64,000 bases of DNA from Candidatus Babeliales bacterium. Lineage in GTDB: Bacteria; Babelota; Babeliae; Babelales; JANWKD01. The stretch is from the NCBI GenBank assembly GCA_963722075.1, contig CAVRJM010000001.1, positions 960,001 to 1,024,000 of the forward strand. The letters are read 5' to 3'. The translations under genes and the position numbers were made by a program. This document shows, piece after piece, positions 52,605-61,734 of the stretch (position 1 is the first letter of the stretch; each line of letters starts with the position of its first letter). The notes below the pieces were generated by a model that saw only the letters and a list, made by a program, of their open reading frames with translations, made no database searches and had not been told where the DNA came from.

Positions 52605-53036
52605 ATGAAATTCAAAATTACGGTTATTACCCTAGCAATGTTGTTCTCTATTGAGTGCTGGGCAATGTCACGTACGGAACGTCTTAAGCAAGCTGCTGAA
52701 CGAGCAGGATTAGCAGCACCGGGAGCACAAGCAGGACCTTCTCAACCAAGCGCAGAAGCAAAACGCAAAGCAGCAGCAGATGCCGAAGCAAAACGCAAAG
52801 CAGATGAAGCTAGACGCAAAAGAAAAGGCAAAGAAAAAGAGACAGAAAAAAAACCTTGGGAAGAAATAGGTCAACCTGAGGTAGATGAAAACCCACTATT
52901 CAAATTAGTTGACGACATAACTGATTTAAGAGATTCAGCAATTGAAGCAGCTAGAAAAGCAAGACAAGATGACAAAATCTCTACAGAACTTTATAACCGT
53001 GTATATGCAGGAGTAGGCAAAAGCGTAGTTGACTAA
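52605..53036 (+). CDS. Small secreted Lys/Ala-rich protein
   Basis: Signal peptide ending CWA-M; AEAKRKA repeat; RRKRKGK. Confidence 0.6.
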   Translation: MKFKITVITLAMLFSIECWAMSRTERLKQAAERAGLAAPGAQAGPSQPSAEAKRKAAADAEAKRKADEARRKRKGKEKETEKKPWEEIGQPEVDENPLFKLVDDITDLRDSAIEAARKARQDDKISTELYNRVYAGVGKSVVD

Positions 53037-53055
53037 AACATCTAGCAAATATCTA

Positions 53056-53092
53056 AAAAGGGCCCGGAAAATTTATTCCGAGCCCTTTTTTA
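53056..53092 (+). terminator. Rho-independent terminator
   Basis: AAAAGGGCCCGGAA-loop-TTCCGAGCCCTTTTTT. Confidence 0.8.
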
Positions 53093-53176
53093 TTTCAATA
53101 AATTATTGAAGCAAATATTCATCTATGTTTAAAATAATACGGTAACTTATTCAACACCTTCAAAAAGGAGTATGTA

Positions 53177-54156
53177 TAGCACTAATCACTTGTTAACCCC
53201 CAAAAGTAGTAATAGCAGCTGCATAAAGATCATGATTTGAAAGCTGAAGATTTTTTTAATTTTATGTTTGATAGCTTGCCAGTGATGTTCGATAGGATTT
53301 AAATCAGGAGAATAAGGTGGCAAATAAAGCAATTTGCAATGAGCTTGCTGAAGTATTTTTGCAATAGAACCACCTTTGTGAAATGCAGCATTATCAAGGA
53401 CTAAAACTTGATTAGGGCGAAGATTTGAAAGAATACCTTGCTTAAAAATAAGTTTCAAAAATATCCCGATTACAGGGACCTTCAAAAACAAATGGAGCAA
53501 TAAAGCAATTTTGGCTTAATGATCCTATTATATTAAGACGATTTGATCGTACAGCATTCTTCATAGCAAAAAGCCGTTCACCTTCTGGGGCCCAGCCATA
53601 ATCATAAGTTTCATTATCATCTATTCCTGCTTCATCAAGATAAATAATATCTTCAATTTTATATTGTGCTATTTCTTGTTTAAAGTCTTGTCTTTTTTCT
53701 TCATCACGTTCTTTATATCCATAAGTTTTTTTTTACGAGTAAAATTTATTTTTTTCAGGGATCTTCCTATAGAACTTGTAGATCCTGATCCCCATAACTC
53801 TGCCATTTCTCCTGTTGTTTTATCTGAGTAAGTCTGTGCAAAAATTTTGAATTCTTCCCAATCACTAACAATAGGTTTTGATCCGCCTTTAAAAATTATT
53901 GGAGGTTGTTTTACTGACCCTGTGCTTTTTCTTAACTTTCTCCATGTTGATAATGTTTTTCTATTTATGCCTAATACTTCCGCAATTTTCGTATAGGACA
54001 TCTTCCCTTCATCCACAAGTTCCATTGCTCTTTTACGTAAATCATCACTATAAATTAAGGGCATTTTCTTTCCTTTTTACTTCATTTACTTAATGCTCTT
54101 AATTTGCCTTATTTTTTATCATTTTCAAGTTGATACCTTGCAAACGTTTAATGCTA
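53177..54156 (-). mobile_element. Decayed IS630-family element
   Basis: TA on both flanks; IRs TAGCACTAATCACTTG / TAGCATTAAACGTTTG; HTH orfA, A9 slippery run (53726-53734), YLDEAG, DNAAFH, LPPYSPDLNPIE; extra frameshift near 53445. Confidence 0.88.
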
Positions 54157-54158
54157 TA

Positions 54159-54455
54159 AGTAATATTGGTAATAATGCTGCATGTACTTCAGTTTCTCCT
54201 ACCTCTCCTGCTGATTGTTCAAGCACTACACAAGCTACTTACCCTGTTGGTACAATTACTGCTGCTGATATTGATTTTGCTTCTGTAGCAAATCCTGCAG
54301 TTATTTCTAATATTATTTACGGTACTGTTGGCTATGACTTTGATGTTTGTAGCTATCCAATTTTTGCCGCGGTTGGTGGATCATATGAATTCCCTGATAT
54401 TAATACCGCACTTACTCGTTGGAAAGTATGGGGTAAAGTAGGAGTTTCATTCTGA
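54159..54455 (+). pseudogene. 3' remnant of a paralog of the 50962-52584 outer-membrane protein
   Basis: SNIGNN...NPAVISNIIYGTVGYDFD...TALTRWKVWGKVGVSF, near-identical to the paralog's C-terminus. Confidence 0.88.
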
Positions 54456-54524
54456 CATCGTAAGATGTCATCCTGAGGTCTTTAGGCCGTAAGGATCCAG
54501 TAATAAAATAAAATAATATATCGC

Positions 54525-54560
54525 AGAAAACAGGCTTGAATAATTTCAAGCCTGTTTTCT
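54525..54560 (+). terminator. Hairpin terminator
   Basis: AGAAAACAGGCTTGAA / TTCAAGCCTGTTTTCT. Confidence 0.65.
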
Positions 54561-54607
54561 TATTAATAAATTTTTTATACTGTAACTCAAAAATAATAAG
54601 GAGTTAC

Positions 54608-55618
54608 ATGATAAAGCAACCCGCAGTGTTAATTACCGGCGGAGCCGGTTATATAGGCTCTCATATTGCATATCTGTGCGCGCAACACAATTATAAAATA
54701 ATTATTATTGATCTTTTTATCCACAATCAATATTTTAATCCTAGCTGGGCAACTATTTTTAAGGGGGATTTTTCAGATAAAAAACTACTCACCGATATTT
54801 CCTCACAATACGATATTAAAGCCGTAATTCATTGTGCTGCTTTTATTGAAGTAGGACAATCTGTAACCAACCCCAGCAGTTATTATGAAAATAATGTTGC
54901 TAAAACATTAGTGCTATTACAAACCATGATTGAACATGGTATTAAAAAAATAGTCTTTTCTTCTAGTTGCGCCGTATATGGCAATCCTGAATTTTTACCG
55001 CTCGTTGAAGATCATCCAAAAAAACCAATTAGCCCCTACGGCAAAACTAAATTAATGGTTGAAATGATACTTAATGATTTTCAACAAGCTTATGGTCTTG
55101 AATATGTCTGTTTACGCTATTTTAACGCCGCAGGAGCACTACCAGAAGAAGGGTTAGGCGAGCAACATATCCCTGAAAGTCATCTGATACCAAGAATCTT
55201 AGATGCTGCTTTAAAACAAACACCTTTTACTATTTTTGGTAATGACTATGAAACTAAGGATGGTACTGCTATTCGTGATTATGTACATGTACTGGATATT
55301 GCGCAAGCACATCTGCTTGCTTTGCATCATTTAGATGCGCGTAAGCCATCTGATTGTTTTAATTTAGGTACGGGCTATGGGTTTTCTATAAAAGAGATTA
55401 TTGAAGTGGTAGAAAAGGTATGCCATATAAAAATAAAATCAATACCCGAAAAAAGAAGAGCTGGTGATCCAGCAATTTTAGTTGCCGATCCCTTGCGCGT
55501 AGAAACTATTTTAGGATGGAAAAGAAATTACAGTCAACTAGAGTATATAATTAAATCAGCGTATACATTTGAAATATATAAAAACAATCAACTTAAAGAA
55601 AAAATTTTAGAATTATAG
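54608..55618 (+). CDS. galE: UDP-glucose 4-epimerase
   Basis: AGGAG RBS before ATG 54608; ITGGAGYIGSH, YGKTK, LRYFNAAGA, RDYVHV. Confidence 0.95.
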   Translation: MIKQPAVLITGGAGYIGSHIAYLCAQHNYKIIIIDLFIHNQYFNPSWATIFKGDFSDKKLLTDISSQYDIKAVIHCAAFIEVGQSVTNPSSYYENNVAKTLVLLQTMIEHGIKKIVFSSSCAVYGNPEFLPLVEDHPKKPISPYGKTKLMVEMILNDFQQAYGLEYVCLRYFNAAGALPEEGLGEQHIPESHLIPRILDAALKQTPFTIFGNDYETKDGTAIRDYVHVLDIAQAHLLALHHLDARKPSDCFNLGTGYGFSIKEIIEVVEKVCHIKIKSIPEKRRAGDPAILVADPLRVETILGWKRNYSQLEYIIKSAYTFEIYKNNQLKEKILEL

Positions 55619-55627
55619 TAATAAAAA

Positions 55628-55666
55628 ATGAATGCCTACAAAGAATAATTCTTTGTAGGCATTCAT
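55628..55666. terminator. Bidirectional terminator hairpin
   Basis: ATGAATGCCTACAAAGAAT / ATTCTTTGTAGGCATTCAT between convergent genes. Confidence 0.75.
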
Positions 55667-55691
55667 ATAACATTTAGTCTAATAATTTAAT

Positions 55692-56609
55692 TTATTTTTT
55701 TATTAAATTATTAAAGTATCTTACAAATGCTAGTCTTTGCTTACGTAATTCAGCTTCTGCTGCTTCTTTGTTCCGTTCTGTTGCCTTTAGAAAAGCGGTA
55801 ACTGCTGCATAAAGATCTTGACAAAGCTTATGAGCATCTTTTGATTTATTTTGTAATCTGCTCATTAATAAGGCAATATTTGTTTCAAATGTATCTTTAT
55901 CTATGTTAATTTCATTATCATTATTTTGTGTAATTGCCATAGAAGCTGCTTTAGCCTGTTCAATTATTTCTGCTTCTTCTTTGCTAAATTTGTTGCCTTT
56001 AAGCATTTTATAACCTAATGTACCTGCAACTGCAGTAGTTAAAACACCACCAGTTATTGCTGCTGCTTTCTTAGTAACATATGGAGCAACAAAGTTATAT
56101 GCTTGAGACGCGTAACCAGTTGCGTAAGCACCATATCCTAATCCTACTAAAGCACCTAAGCCAACGCCGTATTTACCTAGCTTTTTAGCTGTTTGATACT
56201 TAGAAGATGCTGCTGGTGTATTCTTCTTAGCTTTTTTTGCATCTTTCTTTTTTTCTACTGGAGCTTGTGCTGGTTTTTTGTATCTTTGATACAATTTATA
56301 CCCACCAAAAGTAACAGCAGGAACTGCTACCGCTGCGGCAATACCGGCAACATAAGGATGGTTTTTTACTACATCAGGCGTAAAAGCTGACGCTTTTGAT
56401 GCACCGTATGACCAAGCACCTTTAACAGCATCTAATGCCATTTCACGGTAATTCTTAACCGCTTCTTTAACCGGTTCTTGTAAATGTAACTGAACAAAAG
56501 ATCCAGTATCACTTTCCATTGCAGCTGATTGAGCAACAACAGACGCTGCTGCAACGAGCAACAACATTGATTTATTTAATTTTGAGATGTTCATTCGAAC
56601 GTCCTCCAT
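55692..56609 (-). CDS. Secreted membrane-associated protein with three Gly/Ala TM segments (likely start MNISK)
   Basis: Signal peptide ending SAA-M; TMs followed by basic residues. Confidence 0.65.
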   Translation of the reverse strand: MEDVRMNISKLNKSMLLLVAAASVVAQSAAMESDTGSFVQLHLQEPVKEAVKNYREMALDAVKGAWSYGASKASAFTPDVVKNHPYVAGIAAAVAVPAVTFGGYKLYQRYKKPAQAPVEKKKDAKKAKKNTPAASSKYQTAKKLGKYGVGLGALVGLGYGAYATGYASQAYNFVAPYVTKKAAAITGGVLTTAVAGTLGYKMLKGNKFSKEEAEIIEQAKAASMAITQNNDNEINIDKDTFETNIALLMSRLQNKSKDAHKLCQDLYAAVTAFLKATERNKEAAEAELRKQRLAFVRYFNNLIKK

Positions 56610-56864
56610 TTAGGTTTGTAATATGAACAAACGATACCATTCACTTTCCATGGTACCATAAATAACAAGTTTGTCAAAAAACGCTTTTGTTGTTTATAAT
56701 ATCATTTCAATTTTAAATATGCTTGAACACATATTTACCGTAAACAGCTCATTTCAATTATAAATTTACCTCAAATAAAAATTTTGTCAATAATTTATAT
56801 TAATTTATTATCCAAATAGATAATTAACAACAAAACTATTACAATGTTTTCTATTTGAAATTAT

Positions 56865-57122
56865 TTAGTTATTCTCTTCTTGATTTACTTCTGTAGCTTC
56901 TTCTTGAACCACTACTGGCTCTTCTTCCACTACCGCTGATTCTTCTTGAGCTGGGGTAGCATTTTCTTCTTCTTGTGCATTCATTTTATTGAGTAATAGC
57001 TCTTGTATAGCTTGCATTTTGTCATCTATTGTAGCTGAATCATCTTCAGCGTATGCTAAGCCCGCTACAGAAGCGATTACCATTATAGATAAAGAAAGGA
57101 TATGAAATTGTTTTAATTCCAT
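56865..57122 (-). CDS. Small acidic secreted protein
   Basis: GGAGG RBS, signal peptide, Glu-rich. Confidence 0.65.
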   Translation of the reverse strand: MELKQFHILSLSIMVIASVAGLAYAEDDSATIDDKMQAIQELLLNKMNAQEEENATPAQEESAVVEEEPVVVQEEATEVNQEENN

Positions 57123-57157
57123 GTAAATAACCTCCGTTTAATAGTTGATATATAAGG

Positions 57158-57184
57158 AAGGCCTAAGGGTTTAACTTAGGCCTT
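57158..57184 (-). terminator. Hairpin
   Basis: AAGGCCTAAG / CTTAGGCCTT. Confidence 0.5.
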
Positions 57185-57209
57185 TAATTTTACTATATAG
57201 TATTTTCGA

Positions 57210-58022
57210 TTAAGCCGCAACCGGCATAACCACAGGAGGAATAGGATACCACTCGTGCTTTGTAGCCTGATTACTAAAGTAATACAGCCATACTGCAGCT
57301 GGAATAAGGGTTACCAAACCAGCTTTTACTAGTGACGGAACATCGTTTTTAACCTTTTCATAAAGCCAATGCTTTTGTACCGTTTCAGGGGCATATTTAT
57401 AGAGAAGCGTAATAACGGCTGGAATGGCTAAAGTAAGAGCCGTAAAAGCTTTATGGTCATTACCAAAGGTTACCATATCAGATCCCATGATTCTTGCTTT
57501 TGTCCAGCTATTAGCTGCTGAATTACGCATCGTGGTTAAATAACCTTTGATACCTTCTGCTTTTGCCACTGGATTAGTTGCATTTGCATTAGATGCAGGA
57601 GCTGACTCATTAGCTGGAGCTTGGCTTTCAGCTTTATTAATTGATGATTCAGAAGGCTCGAGCGCTATAATTGGTTCAACTGTGTCGATCGCTGGCTGAG
57701 TTGTTTGATCAGAAGCAACTGAATTTTCAGCTACAACTGCCTTTTGAACTTCCGGCTCAGTTACTGATTGTGCAACTGGTATTTCAACGCCGAGCACATT
57801 GTGAACTTCTTGTGCCGGCTCAGTGATTGCTTGAGCTTCTTGTGGTACCGATACTTGCTCTGCAACTTCACTTACTGCTTTAGATGCAGAAGTATCAACT
57901 TGTGCAACTTCTGGGTCAATAGCATATTGAAGATTTTCATCTTCCATTGCTTGTGCCAAGCTGGTGGTGATAAGAAATAAACCTATAGTAATTTTTGTAC
58001 GCGATGCATATAATGCCTGCAT
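57210..58022 (-). CDS. Secreted acidic low-complexity protein with two C-terminal TMs
   Basis: Signal peptide ending AQA-M; two ..IPA.. hydrophobic segments. Confidence 0.65.
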   Translation of the reverse strand: MQALYASRTKITIGLFLITTSLAQAMEDENLQYAIDPEVAQVDTSASKAVSEVAEQVSVPQEAQAITEPAQEVHNVLGVEIPVAQSVTEPEVQKAVVAENSVASDQTTQPAIDTVEPIIALEPSESSINKAESQAPANESAPASNANATNPVAKAEGIKGYLTTMRNSAANSWTKARIMGSDMVTFGNDHKAFTALTLAIPAVITLLYKYAPETVQKHWLYEKVKNDVPSLVKAGLVTLIPAAVWLYYFSNQATKHEWYPIPPVVMPVAA

Positions 58023-58222
58023 AGAAATCCTCGTTTTTGATGATGGAATTATTAGTCTAATAGCATATTTTAATTAGAACACTAAAATTGTCAATAAAAC
58101 TATTTTTTCACATCAGATAATTTTCTAATGAATTATTTATTGAATCAATACCATCAAAAACGAAGAAATAGGCTTATATTTAATCTAAATTATAAATTAA
58201 GATTATGAACAGGAATATTAAA

Positions 58223-58939
58223 TTATTTTAAATGATTAGCCGTATCATTAATAGAGGTAAAAACCTTTTCTCTCAATTCATCAATCGACGGCAGATCAAT
58301 TGATTCCATAAGATATTTTTGATTATAATTTTTAATATTATCGTCTAAATTACTTAAATCGATATTAATGTTATAAATCAAATCATTTAATGGAAAATTA
58401 AGCAACTTGCCAAAAATTTTGTTTAAATCTTCGATTAATGCTCCAGAGACTTCGAGATTCTTATTAACTATATTTTTAATCATAGCCAACACATCCTCAA
58501 TTTCTTCTTTAAGCATATCAAAAGATGGCTGTTTCTTTTGCTCCTCGAAAACGTTGTCGCCTTCTTTTTCTTTGCCTACTTGTTCGTCTGAAGGCAGCTC
58601 TTCTTCTTCATTACCTACTTCTTCATCTGAAGCCAGTTCTTCATCTTCATTGCTTGATTGCATAGATTTAATTCTCTGCTTTTCTGCTTTATAACCTAAA
58701 TATGCACCAGAGCAAACAACAGGAATAAATGCAATTCCAGCAACAATATAAGGATGATCTTTTATTATTTGTGAAATATACGAGAGAGAACCAGTTAAAT
58801 TATCTAAAACGGTTGATTTAACAGAAGAAAAATAAGAGCAATAAGCTGCGGGCTGAAACGCCATACAGAGCGCCAAAGCAAGGACACTCTTTTTTAAAAC
58901 TTTTCCATTTGTAACATTAGTAAACATTGTAACCTCCAT
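58223..58939 (-). CDS. Secreted protein with TM, acidic repeat and helical C-terminus
   Basis: HPYIVAGIA TM; EEL.SDE.VG repeated twice. Confidence 0.65.
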   Translation of the reverse strand: MEVTMFTNVTNGKVLKKSVLALALCMAFQPAAYCSYFSSVKSTVLDNLTGSLSYISQIIKDHPYIVAGIAFIPVVCSGAYLGYKAEKQRIKSMQSSNEDEELASDEEVGNEEEELPSDEQVGKEKEGDNVFEEQKKQPSFDMLKEEIEDVLAMIKNIVNKNLEVSGALIEDLNKIFGKLLNFPLNDLIYNINIDLSNLDDNIKNYNQKYLMESIDLPSIDELREKVFTSINDTANHLK

Positions 58940-59009
58940 AATTAATATCTACAACATAAACAGCGTATCATTAATCTCAAAATAACGCAAATAGGGTTAT
59001 TTTAAAATT

Positions 59010-61550
59010 TTATTTCTGCGCGCCGCAACATTTCTTATATTTCTTTCCCGAACCGCATGGACACTGTTCATTTCTGCCAACTTTATCTTCTGCGCGTTCA
59101 AGCGGACGATTTCCTTCTGCCTGTTGCATGCTTGCGGAAATTAAATTGAGTTCATCAAGCTCTCGTTGACGTTTATGCTCAAGTTCATGTTGGTTAAAGC
59201 GTTCTAATTTAAGATGGAATATGTGATGAACAATATCCCAACGCATTTGCTGCATCATTTCTTTAAACATATCAAATGCTTCGCGCTTATATTCAATAAG
59301 TGGATTTTTTTGTCCCCAGCTGCGCAAATTGATACCTTCTTTTAAATGATCCAAGTTAAGCATATGCTGCTTCCATGCATTATCTAAAATTTCAAGCATG
59401 AGCCATTTTTCAGCTTCTTGAATGCGTTCTGCATCTTGCTGTGTGCGATAGCTTTCATATTTATTAAGCAAGAAGTCAACAATATCGCTTTTAAATGCTT
59501 CTACATTAGCAGTATTAAATTGCTCTTTTTTAAGCTCATCGATTTTTACGCCAGTCAACACCGAAAGCATTTCCATAATTCTCTGAATGCCTTCAGGAGT
59601 CATACGTGCTGGTAAAATTGCGGTAACCATATCATTCACTGATTGGCTCATGAGATCTCGTATTAGATCGTAAATTTCTTGCGAACCTTCTAAAATGGAA
59701 CGCCTATATTTGTAAATAACAATACGTTGTTGATTTAATACGTCATCATATTCAAGCAAGTGACGGCGCGTCTCAAAATTATGTTTTTCCACTTTTTCTT
59801 GGGATCGTTCAATTGTTTTTGAAATGAAGCCTGATTCTATTGTTTCATCTTCTTTCATGCCCACCCGTTTCATATTTTTTTGGATCGTATCACCCGCAAA
59901 AATACGAATTAAATCATCTTCCAAGGAAATGTAAAAACGAGATTCTCCCGGATCTCCTTGACGTCCCGAACGGCCACGCAGCTGATTATCAATACGTCGA
60001 CTTTCATGCCGTTCAGTACCCAAAATATACAACCCGCCCGCTTTCACTGAATCAGGCGTTAATTTAATATCGGTGCCACGACCTGCCATATTAGTAGCAA
60101 TGGTAACGCGCCCCGGTTCACCGGCATGTTCTACAATCTCCGCTTCACGTTGATGCTGTTTAGCATTAAGCACCTCATGCGGTACCCCTTGAGCACGTAA
60201 AATATCGCTTAATAATTCTGATGTTTCAATAGCAATAGTACCAATAAGTACTGGTTGCCCCTTGGTATAGCGTTCTTTTATATCACCCACAATAGCTTGA
60301 TATTTTCCTGATTTAGATAAGAAAATAAGATCGGATTTATCAAGACGAATCATCGATTTGTTGGTCGGAATTGAAACTACATCAAGGCCGTAAATCTTAT
60401 GAAATTCTTCCGCTTCAGTTGATGCAGTACCGGTCATACCAGCTAATTTTTTATATAATCTAAAGAAATTTTGTAAGGTAATTGAAGCAAGTGTTTGGCT
60501 TTCGCGCTCTACTTTAACGCCTTCTTTTGCTTCTAATGCTTGATGCAAGCCATCACTATACCGACGCCCTGGTAATATACGGCCAGTAAATTCATCAACA
60601 ATGAGTACTTCATCATCTTTGACCACATAATCAACATCACGTTTAAAAAGACTATGCGCTCGTAATGCTTGGTTAATATGATGCAGCAAAGTAAGCTGTT
60701 CTACGGCATACAGATTATCAATAGAAAATGCTGATTCAACTTTATCAACACCCGATTCAGTTAGTTGCACTGACCGCTGTTTTTCATCAATTTCATAATC
60801 AACATTTTTCACTAAGCGCGGAATTACTTTATTTGCTTCTAAATATAAATTACTACTTTTATCAGCAGCACCAGATATAATTAAGGGAGTTCGCGCTTCG
60901 TCAATTAAAATGGAGTCAACCTCATCCACAATGGCATAATTTAAATCACGCTGCACATAATCTTCTAAGCGAAATTTCATATTATCGCGCAGATAGTCAA
61001 AGCCCAGCTCATTATTAGTAGCATATAGAATATCTGATTGGTATACTTTTTTGCGCTCTTCGTCACTCATTTGATTTTGTAAGATACCCACCGTAAGCCC
61101 AAGCCTATTATAAATAGGAGCCATCCAGGTACCATCACGACGCGCTAAATAATCATTAACGGTGACTAAATGAGCGCCTTTACCGCTTAATGCATTCAAA
61201 TATAAAGGAAGCGTTGCCGTGAGTGTTTTTCCCTCACCCGTTTTCATTTCAGCAATTTTACCTTGATGTAATACAATACCGCCCATTAATTGCACGTCAA
61301 AATGACGTTGACCTATTTCACGTTTAGACACTTCACGAACCACTGCAAATGCTTCAGGCAAAATATCGTCAAGCGTTTTACCTTGTGCTAATTGTGCTCG
61401 AAATTCGTCTGTTTTTGCGCCTAATTGTTCTATGGTTAACGAAGACATAAGCGGCTCTAAACTATTAATTTTTTCAACAATTGGACGCAGCCTTTTTAGC
61501 TGCCGGACATTGGCCGTACCCATAATTTTTGCTAAAATCTGCGCAATCAT
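59010..61550 (-). CDS. secA: Preprotein translocase ATPase SecA
   Basis: MKTGEGKT, DEVDSILIDEARTP, ATNMAGRGTDI, C-terminal CPCGSGKKYKKCC. Confidence 0.98.
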   Translation of the reverse strand: MIAQILAKIMGTANVRQLKRLRPIVEKINSLEPLMSSLTIEQLGAKTDEFRAQLAQGKTLDDILPEAFAVVREVSKREIGQRHFDVQLMGGIVLHQGKIAEMKTGEGKTLTATLPLYLNALSGKGAHLVTVNDYLARRDGTWMAPIYNRLGLTVGILQNQMSDEERKKVYQSDILYATNNELGFDYLRDNMKFRLEDYVQRDLNYAIVDEVDSILIDEARTPLIISGAADKSSNLYLEANKVIPRLVKNVDYEIDEKQRSVQLTESGVDKVESAFSIDNLYAVEQLTLLHHINQALRAHSLFKRDVDYVVKDDEVLIVDEFTGRILPGRRYSDGLHQALEAKEGVKVERESQTLASITLQNFFRLYKKLAGMTGTASTEAEEFHKIYGLDVVSIPTNKSMIRLDKSDLIFLSKSGKYQAIVGDIKERYTKGQPVLIGTIAIETSELLSDILRAQGVPHEVLNAKQHQREAEIVEHAGEPGRVTIATNMAGRGTDIKLTPDSVKAGGLYILGTERHESRRIDNQLRGRSGRQGDPGESRFYISLEDDLIRIFAGDTIQKNMKRVGMKEDETIESGFISKTIERSQEKVEKHNFETRRHLLEYDDVLNQQRIVIYKYRRSILEGSQEIYDLIRDLMSQSVNDMVTAILPARMTPEGIQRIMEMLSVLTGVKIDELKKEQFNTANVEAFKSDIVDFLLNKYESYRTQQDAERIQEAEKWLMLEILDNAWKQHMLNLDHLKEGINLRSWGQKNPLIEYKREAFDMFKEMMQQMRWDIVHHIFHLKLERFNQHELEHKRQRELDELNLISASMQQAEGNRPLERAEDKVGRNEQCPCGSGKKYKKCCGAQK

Positions 61551-61734
61551 CTAAGATCTCCGTACCTTAATTTATATATATTTTTTAACCATTAACGTTC
61601 ATTAGGCAATTTAAGTAACTAATAATACCATTAGGTCAAAAAATTCTCAATTTTTAACATAGTATTGAAACATAAGTCTCATTGGTAAACAAAAATGAAA
61701 AACGTATCTTGGGCCACCAAGAACAAAAATAGCA

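Noticed and set aside
54093..54158. N-terminus of the predicted 120-aa ORF
   Set aside because: Derived from the IS630 end; homology to the paralog starts at 54159
52291..54455. DGR template/variable repeat pair between the outer-membrane gene 3' end and the remnant
   Set aside because: Differences are mostly synonymous and not adenine-specific, and no reverse transcriptase is in the window; this is ordinary paralogy
11404..54501. CRISPR array
   Set aside because: Repeats are dispersed, inverted and variable, with no regular spacers and no cas genes
54536..54607. Extended galE start
   Set aside because: Overlaps a terminator hairpin; the RBS supports ATG 54608
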